Assembly: GCA_038213805.1 (NCBI GenBank)
Contig: JBBQSO010000106.1
Location: 1 to 16,453, forward strand
From: Planctomycetota bacterium
Lineage (GTDB): Bacteria > Planctomycetota > UBA11346
Direction: 5' to 3'
Length of the DNA stretch: 16,453 nt
How positions within the stretch are numbered: position 1 is the first letter of the stretch; each line of letters opens with the position of its first letter. The position numbers and the translations under genes were made by a program. Shown here one piece after another: positions 1 to 6,828 of this stretch. The notes beneath the pieces were generated by a model. It ran no database searches. It was not told the DNA's origin and worked only from the letters and a program-made list of their open reading frames with translations.

Positions 1-2340
1 TACCACCGGCGACGCCAGCCGGTGGTGCGCCGGGGGCTGCGCGGCGAGCGCGCACAACCTGGCCGCTGCGGTCGCGGTCTCGACGGCGGTCGCGGCGACC
101 GCCGGGTCGATCCACACGTAGGTCAGACCGTCCGGCAGCGGCACCCGGCCGTTGACCAGCGGCAGCTCGCGGCCATCGGCGCCGCAGGCGCGCTGGACGG
201 CGCACGGCAGCTGGACAGTCGCGGCGGAAGCGGGCGCGCCGCCGTACAGCACCGCGACGCAGCTGCCGTCCTCACCACCGGCGAAGACGCGCGCGAGGAT
301 GACCGGCGCGCCGACGCCGCGCAGATCGCCCAGGTAGTGCCGCCCGCCGAGCGCCGACGCCGCAAACGCGTAGGCGGCCATGCTGCGCAACGGGGTCGCC
401 TCGCGGCCCATCATCCCGAAGTTCTTCGGCCCTTCCTCGTAGGAGACGTAGACGAACGGGAAGTAGCGGGCGACGCCGCAGGCCTTGCTCTCGATCGCCT
501 TGGCGGCGATCTCGATCGCGCTGAGCGCATCCTGGTCGTGCACCGGCCGGCCAGGGCCGGCACCCCAAGGCCAGCCGCACTCGCTGTGCCACAGCGGCAT
601 TCCTGCGACGCCCTGCGTCGCCATCCACGCGCGGTACTTCGCGACCATCGCCTCGACACCCGGCGCGCGATCGTAGGAATGGAAGCTGACCACATCCGCA
701 TCGGCGAGCATGCCATTGGCGGCGCAGGTGTCGAAGTACGGGCCCGGCGGCATGGTCGCGAAGACCCCGGCGACCACCGGGGCTGTCGCGCCGGCCGCGG
801 CCAGGGCATAGCTCACTGCCTTCACCGACGGCGCATACTGCTCGGCGGGCACGGTTTTCAGATCCGGCTCGTTGTCGACCTCGACCGCGCCCCAGGCGCC
901 GCTCCAGTGCTTGGCGATGGCGGTCCACGCGGTGGCGACCGCGGACAGGTCCTGCGCGTACGGCGATGCGGCGATCATGCCGTGGTGCCGGGCGCCACCT
1001 TCGAGGATCTCGAGCACTCCGACGTGGCTGGTGGCGTAATCCGCGCGCAGGTGGTCGAAGGCGCGCCCGCCATCCCAATTGTAGGTGGCGGGCTCGGGGT
1101 TGACCGCGCCCAGGCCCAGCCGCTCGCGCGACATGGCGATGCCGCAGCGCGCCAGGCTGCGCACCAGCGCCGTGCGTCGCAGCGGATCGGGCTCCAGCCA
1201 TGACAGCCCGGAATCCATGCAGAAGAACGGGTCGGCGGGCGCGCGCTGCGCGTCGCTGGCGACGATGCCGAACACCTGGTGCGCCGCGGGGAATGCCACC
1301 TCGGCGTAGCCGCGTGCGAAAACGCGCGTGATGGCGACGGTGCCGACCGGCCCAAGCGTCGCGGTCCCGGCGTCGACCGGCCGGCCATCGTAGCCGCTGA
1401 TGGTGTACGGCACCTGATCCGTCGGCCCGGCGGAGGCGACGCGCCAGCGCAGGGTCGCGGCCTGCCCGGGCGTGACAAAGAAATCCGCATGGTCGAGCGG
1501 GGTGAAACCGCTGGCGGCGGCGCTGGCGATGGCGACGCGCCACGCACTCACCAGGGGCATGCCTGCGGTCACCGGCTGGTTGAAGCGGAATCCCGCCGCG
1601 GTCAGCGCGTCGGTGCGCGTCGCCTGCGGCAGGGCCACAGCGTCAAGCACCACGGTCGCGTTGATCCGCACCGTGGCGGTACGCTGGATGGTGTCGACCA
1701 GCAGGTCGAGGTGGTCGGGAGCCTCAGCGTGCAGCAGCGTGGCATCGTTGTGCGTCACGAGATTGACCGTGCCGGCCTGCAGCGCGTAGCCACCCGCGCT
1801 GACCAGCAGGATGAGTTCGCTGTTCACCCAGAAATCGCCGCTGAGATCGCCGCGGCCCAGGCAGATGGCGGTGAAGCCGCTGCCCGTCGCGCGCACGTCG
1901 GCCTGCACGCGGATGGTGCCGGCGACCAGCGGGATGGCGTGGTGCGCGCCGCCGGCCGTGGTGGCGGTGGCACCGACGGCGGTGATCGAGATGCCAGCGT
2001 TTGCACTCCAGGTGGCGGAGCCTTCCGCCAGGGGCGCTCCAGCCAGAGCCGCATTCGACGCATGGCCTGCGCCGGCCACCAGGGGATCGGCGAAGGTCGT
2101 GATGGCCGAGCCGCGTGCCGTCGCGATGTTCGCGACGGGCGCACCATCCGTCGCCGCTGGAGTCGTCCCTGGCTGATGCGGTGCGGGCGTTTCTTCGCCG
2201 AAGCAGGATGAGAACAGCAACAGCAGGGCAGCTGCGGCAGGGCGGACGGCATGGGTCAAGAGCCAGCTTCGGCGGACATGCGCGCCGTGACCACGTGCAG
2301 GGGTCGAGCAGCGTTGGGAGAGCCCAGAGTGCGACATCAT
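1..2340 (-). CDS. Secreted/lipoprotein clan GH-A glycoside hydrolase (GH39/GH5-like TIM barrel with N-terminal beta-rich domain); 3' end runs off the window
   Basis: Hand-translated frame absent from the ORF track: open from ATG ATG at 2340/2337 (upstream GGATGGAAAC; in-frame TGA at 2395-2397) down to base 1, 780 codons. N-terminus ..VRRSWLLTHAVRPAAAALLLLLFSSCFGEE (signal peptide, possible lipobox FSSC). Motifs: VEVDNEPD (acid/base Glu, 868-870), VVSFHSY, PLWHSECGW (nucleophile Glu, 580-582), KNFGMM. TTG at 2259 is an alternative start. Confidence 0.85.
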   Translation of the reverse strand, partial: MMSHSGLSQRCSTPARGHGAHVRRSWLLTHAVRPAAAALLLLFSSCFGEETPAPHQPGTTPAATDGAPVANIATARGSAITTFADPLVAGAGHASNAALAGAPLAEGSATWSANAGISITAVGATATTAGGAHHAIPLVAGTIRVQADVRATGSGFTAICLGRGDLSGDFWVNSELILLVSAGGYALQAGTVNLVTHNDATLLHAEAPDHLDLLVDTIQRTATVRINATVVLDAVALPQATRTDALTAAGFRFNQPVTAGMPLVSAWRVAIASAAASGFTPLDHADFFVTPGQAATLRWRVASAGPTDQVPYTISGYDGRPVDAGTATLGPVGTVAITRVFARGYAEVAFPAAHQVFGIVASDAQRAPADPFFCMDSGLSWLEPDPLRRTALVRSLARCGIAMSRERLGLGAVNPEPATYNWDGGRAFDHLRADYATSHVGVLEILEGGARHHGMIAASPYAQDLSAVATAWTAIAKHWSGAWGAVEVDNEPDLKTVPAEQYAPSVKAVSYALAAAGATAPVVAGVFATMPPGPYFDTCAANGMLADADVVSFHSYDRAPGVEAMVAKYRAWMATQGVAGMPLWHSECGWPWGAGPGRPVHDQDALSAIEIAAKAIESKACGVARYFPFVYVSYEEGPKNFGMMGREATPLRSMAAYAFAASALGGRHYLGDLRGVGAPVILARVFAGGEDGSCVAVLYGGAPASAATVQLPCAVQRACGADGRELPLVNGRVPLPDGLTYVWIDPAVAATAVETATAAARLCALAAQPPAHHRLASPVV

Positions 2341-2616
2341 GTTTCCATCCCGTGCATGCGGCGGCAGTCGGTCACGTAGGTCAGCCTTGTCAGGTCAGCG
2401 CGGTCGATAATCTGAATGAGTAGACCAAATAGATCTGAATTCGTTGACGGACTTCCTGCAAAATGCCCGATCTCCACCACGCAAATAGGCCCATACCGGC
2501 CCTGAATCGCACGCAGGCTCATTGCTGGTCCGTAAGGTGTGGCGGACAGCGCGTCCCTTCCGCGTGTTCACGGCACGTCGCAGGGACCTTGGCTTGGCAA
2601 ATGCTCTGTGACGGAC

Positions 2617-4353
2617 ATGTCTGATGCGACGCGCGGCACTCACCCCTTGGGTGTTGGCCTTACTGATTTCGAGATCCTGCCTCCCGAACGTATCGGCGCC
2701 TATCGGCTCCTTGAGCGCCTGGGCCGGGGCGGCATGGGTGAGGTCTACCGCGCCGTCCATGAAGTGACCGAGCGGGTCGTCGCGCTCAAGGTCGTCGACC
2801 TTGACGATAACCAGTTGCGCCACCACCTCGAACAGGTCACGCGCGAGGCCATGGCGATGGCCTCGCTCCGCGATGCCCACGTCGTCACCTGCTACAGCTT
2901 CGGCGAAGACGGCCGCAAGCTCTTCCTGGCCTTGGAGCTGATGGCCGGAGGCGATACCGCGCGCATGGTGAAGCAGCGCGGGCAGCCCTGCGCGGAAGCG
3001 GAGATCCGCACGTTCGCCAAGGCCTGCGCCCGGGGCCTGGCGGCGATCCACCGCATCGGTCTGGTGCACCGCGACATCAAGCCCTCAAACATCCTGCTCG
3101 ATGCCGCCGGCAACGCCAAGCTGGGTGATTTCGGCTTGGCCTGCTTCCGCGAGGTCGACGGCCAGGAGCCGGTCCGCACCGAGGTCGGAACTCCAGCATA
3201 CATGCCCCCCGAGTCGATCACCGGCGTGTCCGCTCCTGACATCCGCGGGGACATCTATTCCCTGGGCGTGACCATGTACTTCTGGGCGACGGGCGTCTCA
3301 CCCTTCCGGGACGTCAACGGGTATTCAGCCATGCAGCGGGTGCTTGCAGGGGGATCGCCGCCGATCCATGCGTTCAATCCGGGGATCTCGGACGAGCTCA
3401 TCGCCATCGTCGCGCGGGCGATGCAGCCGGACCGTGAGCACCGCTTCCAGGATCCACTGGCCCTGCTCGCCGCGCTGGAGGGCAAGGAGATTGCTCCGTC
3501 GGTGGTGCCGTTGTCCACCACGCCACGCACGGAGGCTCTCCCCACGCACCCCCGCACGGCAACCAGCAGGCGCTTGATCTGGGCGGGGTTGGCGGTGGTG
3601 GTCCTGGTCGTCGCCATGGTCTCGCTGCGCTCTGCGCCTGCTGCGACCGCGAACACGGTGCCCGTTGCTGGTCTTGCCGCCAGCGCTGGCGGTCCCGCTG
3701 CGAGCGCTCTCGGAGGTGGCTACCGGGTGCCCTGGGTCGGCGACGGCCTGGTCCACTTCCATGAGAACGGCGCGGTCAGCTACACCCAGGCGGGACAGAT
3801 GATCCACCTCGCCGAGGAGGGCTGGCTGGATGGCGAGGCGGCGCCCGCCCTCACCGGACTGCTCGCCAGCACCGGCGATATCTCCGTCGAGCTGGCGCTG
3901 CGCCCGGGCAATCTCAGCCAGGAGGGACCGGCGCGGATCTTCTCCATCGGGCTGACGCCGCGGGCCGCCGATCTGATGATCGGCCAGTCCGGATCCCGTA
4001 TCGAGGTGCGGGTGCGCACCAGCGCCACCAACCCCGATGGCACCAGGCCCAACCTGATCAGCGATGATGGCGTGCTGGATGCGGCCTGGCACCACCTGGT
4101 CTTCATCCGCGCGGGCACCCACCACGCGCTGTTCATCGACGGCACCCTGCGCATGGAATGCGACGTCCCCGGCGACCTCAGCACCTGGAACCGGGACTAT
4201 CCGCTCTGCGTCGGCAACGATCATCGCGGTGGTTTTCCCTGGGCCGGCAGCGTCGAGCGGCTCATCCTGGGCGCCCGGGCGTGGAGCGCGGAGGAGGTCC
4301 GGGCCCGCTATGCGGGCTGGCAGCACGCTATGGTCCACACTCAGGCACGCTGA
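2617..4353 (+). CDS. Membrane Hanks-type Ser/Thr protein kinase with C-terminal extracytoplasmic LamG/concanavalin-A-like domain
   Basis: Kinase motifs LGRGGMGEVY, VALK, HRDIKPSN, DFG, GTPAYMPPE, DIYSLG. TM helix LIWAGLAVVVLVVAMVSL. LamG-type motifs ISVELALRP, WHHLVF, LFIDG, PLCVGN, RAWSAEEV. ATG 2617 is preferred over the track's GTG 2539; start uncertain. Confidence 0.92.
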   Translation: MSDATRGTHPLGVGLTDFEILPPERIGAYRLLERLGRGGMGEVYRAVHEVTERVVALKVVDLDDNQLRHHLEQVTREAMAMASLRDAHVVTCYSFGEDGRKLFLALELMAGGDTARMVKQRGQPCAEAEIRTFAKACARGLAAIHRIGLVHRDIKPSNILLDAAGNAKLGDFGLACFREVDGQEPVRTEVGTPAYMPPESITGVSAPDIRGDIYSLGVTMYFWATGVSPFRDVNGYSAMQRVLAGGSPPIHAFNPGISDELIAIVARAMQPDREHRFQDPLALLAALEGKEIAPSVVPLSTTPRTEALPTHPRTATSRRLIWAGLAVVVLVVAMVSLRSAPAATANTVPVAGLAASAGGPAASALGGGYRVPWVGDGLVHFHENGAVSYTQAGQMIHLAEEGWLDGEAAPALTGLLASTGDISVELALRPGNLSQEGPARIFSIGLTPRAADLMIGQSGSRIEVRVRTSATNPDGTRPNLISDDGVLDAAWHHLVFIRAGTHHALFIDGTLRMECDVPGDLSTWNRDYPLCVGNDHRGGFPWAGSVERLILGARAWSAEEVRARYAGWQHAMVHTQAR

Positions 4354-4395
4354 GCGCTTGGTACAGGCGCCGGCTCGCTGCCGGAGGAGCCGACC

Positions 4396-5526
4396 ATGTT
4401 AGAGATCTGCGCTGATGCCGATGCCGCCCTGATGATCCTCGCTGAAAAGCGCGGTTTGCTGACCCCTGCCCAGATCGAGCAGGTCACGCGCACGCGGGGA
4501 CGCCGCTCAGCCGCCGTCGCCCTGGTCCAGGATGGCATCCTGGACGTGCAGGCGGTGCGTGCACTTCGCACGGCGGTGCGCAAGCACTCCATCGATCATG
4601 CAATAGATGGCTATGAACTGCAGGGCAAGCTCGGCAGCGGGGGCATGTCCGAGGTGTTCAAGGCCATCGACCTGGTTTCGCGCAAGCCGGTGGCGATCAA
4701 GGTCGTCGCGCCGCGTCGCCCGGGTGATGGCCTGTTCCTTGAGCGCTTCCAGCGCGAGGCCCGGGCGGCTTCCGCGGTCGACCACCCCAATGTCATCGCC
4801 TGCTACGGGACCGGGCAGACCCACGGCAAGGCCTACATGGTGCTCGAGTACATGCCCGGTGGCGACCTCGAGGGCCTGGTCGACCGGGCGCAGGGCCGCC
4901 TGGATGAGGCACTGGCGCTGCGTATCGCCAGGGATTGCGCGCGCGGTCTGGTGGCGGTGCATGCCCACGGGCTGGTGCACCGCGACGTCAAGCCCTCGAA
5001 CATCCTGCTGGCCGCCGACGGGACCGCGAAGCTGGGCGATCTTGGTCTGGCCAAGAGCACGGCGCCGGACGACCAGCTCACCATGCCGGGCATGCGCGTG
5101 GGCAGCCCAGGCTATGTCTCGCCGGAACAGGCCAGCGGCGCGAGTGAGACCGACATCCGCAGCGACATCTTCAGCCTGGGTGCGACTCTCCACCATCTGT
5201 TCTCGGGGCGCAGCCCCTTCAGTGGTGGCAGCCCGCTCGAGATCATCATCAACACCATCCGCCTCGATGCGCCACCGCTGAGCGTGACCGCACCCTGGGT
5301 TTCGCCGCGCATCTCGGCGGTGGTCGCGAAATGCCTGGCGCGTCGTCCGCAGGACCGCTACCAGGATCCAAGCGAATTGGCGGATGCGCTGCAGCAGATC
5401 CATGAGGGCGCCCCGGTGCACACCACGGTGCGCCGCGTCCGCCGCTACACCGCCACCAGGGTCACGGCGTGGGGCATGCTCGTGCGCCGGCTGCTGACTG
5501 GCATCGGTCTGCGCCAGGCTGGTTGA
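4396..5526 (+). CDS. Cytoplasmic Hanks-type Ser/Thr protein kinase with short helical N-terminal domain
   Basis: Motifs LGSGGMSEVF, VAIK, RFQREA, HPNVI, HRDVKPSN, DLG, GSPGYVSPE, SDIFSLG. Strong RBS GGAGGAG at 4383-4389, 42 bp downstream of the first kinase. Confidence 0.93.
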   Translation: MLEICADADAALMILAEKRGLLTPAQIEQVTRTRGRRSAAVALVQDGILDVQAVRALRTAVRKHSIDHAIDGYELQGKLGSGGMSEVFKAIDLVSRKPVAIKVVAPRRPGDGLFLERFQREARAASAVDHPNVIACYGTGQTHGKAYMVLEYMPGGDLEGLVDRAQGRLDEALALRIARDCARGLVAVHAHGLVHRDVKPSNILLAADGTAKLGDLGLAKSTAPDDQLTMPGMRVGSPGYVSPEQASGASETDIRSDIFSLGATLHHLFSGRSPFSGGSPLEIIINTIRLDAPPLSVTAPWVSPRISAVVAKCLARRPQDRYQDPSELADALQQIHEGAPVHTTVRRVRRYTATRVTAWGMLVRRLLTGIGLRQAG

Positions 5527-5532
5527 GCGACA

Positions 5533-6828
5533 TCACCGGATCACCACCCGCACCACGTTGCCGGGGATCAGATCAGGCTTGGGCACATCCAAGTCGATGC
5601 GCACGTAGACGGCGCTCGGATCGGTGATGCGGTCGCGCAGCGACGGATGCACCTTGTACTGGATACCGCCGCCGGCCGTGATCCGACCCGGGATGCCGTG
5701 CACGCCGGTGGTCGGGTAGACGGTGACCTGCGCCTTGAGGTGCAGGTCGCGGGCGCGTTCGGGTGGGACGAAGGCGTTGATCCACAGTTTGCCGGTGCCC
5801 GAAACCGACATCAGTTCGGCGTCCTTGGGGACGTTGCTGCCGTCGGTGACGAAGACCTCGGTGACCACGCCGTCGGCGAGTGCCCGGACCTCGGTCGGAC
5901 CCGCGAGCTTGCGCAGGTTGGCGACCCGCGCCTCCAACCCGGCGATGCGCGAGCGAATGTTGTCCAGGCCGCGCTCTCTGATGCGCTGCAGCTCGACGCG
6001 CGCCTGCGCATAGAGCGTGGTCAGGGTGTCCACGTAGCCCTTGCCGACCTCCACCGCGGCCTTGTCCGCCTCTTCTTCACGTGCCTGGCGGGCGTTCTCC
6101 GCCTCCTGGGCTGCGAGCGCGCCGGCGAGCTGGGCCTTGGCATCATCACGTTCGTACAGGGACAGGCGCTCGGCCTTCTGCGCTTCCTCCTCTTCGGCGG
6201 GCAGCGCTGCGCCCTGCGCCAGCAGCGCCTGCACCACCGCGAGACGCTTCCCACGCTCCTCGACCAGGCCGTCGCGGAACGAGACCTGCCTGGTCAGGCG
6301 CTCGATCTCCTGCTTCTGCCGCGCTGCAGTGGTCTCGCGCTCGCGGGTGGTAGTCTCGGCGTGCCGCTGGAGCTCATTCAGGCGGCTGCGCGCGCCTTCC
6401 AGATCGCGCATCTCGACCGCGGGGTCATCGAAGGCAGCCTGCTTCTGCTCGACCATGGTCTCGAGAATGCCGCGCTGCTGCACCAGGATCTCCTGCGCTT
6501 CCTTCAGCTCGGTCTGCGCGTCGTCGGAGACCAGCACGCACAACACGGTGTCCGCCGCCACACGGTCGCCGGGCTCGGCGTGCACACTCACGACGCGCGA
6601 GCGTACCGGGGCGTGGAACACCTCGACGCCAGTGGCGACCACGCCATAGCTGTAGATGTTCTCGCGATCATAGAGCCACCACGCCAGCATCGCGATGAGC
6701 GCGAGTGCCAGGGCAGCAAGCAGGATTTTACCCATCGGCAGCGGGTGCGGACGCGCCGCCTTCATCGCCGTCTGTTCGGGGGAGACCGGCGCCTGCTGCT
6801 TGGCGTTGGGGGCGAACGTGAGCTTCAT
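5533..6828 (-). CDS. HlyD-family membrane fusion/periplasmic adaptor protein (431 aa)
   Basis: Start re-called at ATG 6828 (MKLTFAPN), which overlaps the upstream stop as ATGA. TM ILLAALALALIAMLAWWLY; lipoyl half-motifs APVRSRVVSVHAEPGDRV and ALADGVVTEVFVTDGSNV flank a ~208-aa E/Q/R/A-rich coiled coil; C-terminal barrel LWINAFVP..LIPGNVVRV. Confidence 0.88.
   Translation of the reverse strand: MKLTFAPNAKQQAPVSPEQTAMKAARPHPLPMGKILLAALALALIAMLAWWLYDRENIYSYGVVATGVEVFHAPVRSRVVSVHAEPGDRVAADTVLCVLVSDDAQTELKEAQEILVQQRGILETMVEQKQAAFDDPAVEMRDLEGARSRLNELQRHAETTTRERETTAARQKQEIERLTRQVSFRDGLVEERGKRLAVVQALLAQGAALPAEEEEAQKAERLSLYERDDAKAQLAGALAAQEAENARQAREEEADKAAVEVGKGYVDTLTTLYAQARVELQRIRERGLDNIRSRIAGLEARVANLRKLAGPTEVRALADGVVTEVFVTDGSNVPKDAELMSVSGTGKLWINAFVPPERARDLHLKAQVTVYPTTGVHGIPGRITAGGGIQYKVHPSLRDRITDPSAVYVRIDLDVPKPDLIPGNVVRVVIR

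Noticed and set aside
22..2211. Track ORFs 22-1203 (+), 1279-2211 (+), 272-1543 (-) and 975-1547 (-)
   Set aside because: Arg/Gly-rich antisense or off-frame shadows of the real minus-strand glycoside hydrolase; no motifs.
2405..2475. Sigma-70 promoter (TTGACG at 2444-2449) and ATCTGAAT repeat (2410, 2433) in the divergent region
   Set aside because: No -10 hexamer at proper spacing. An 8-bp repeat alone is too weak to call, though the region must hold promoters.
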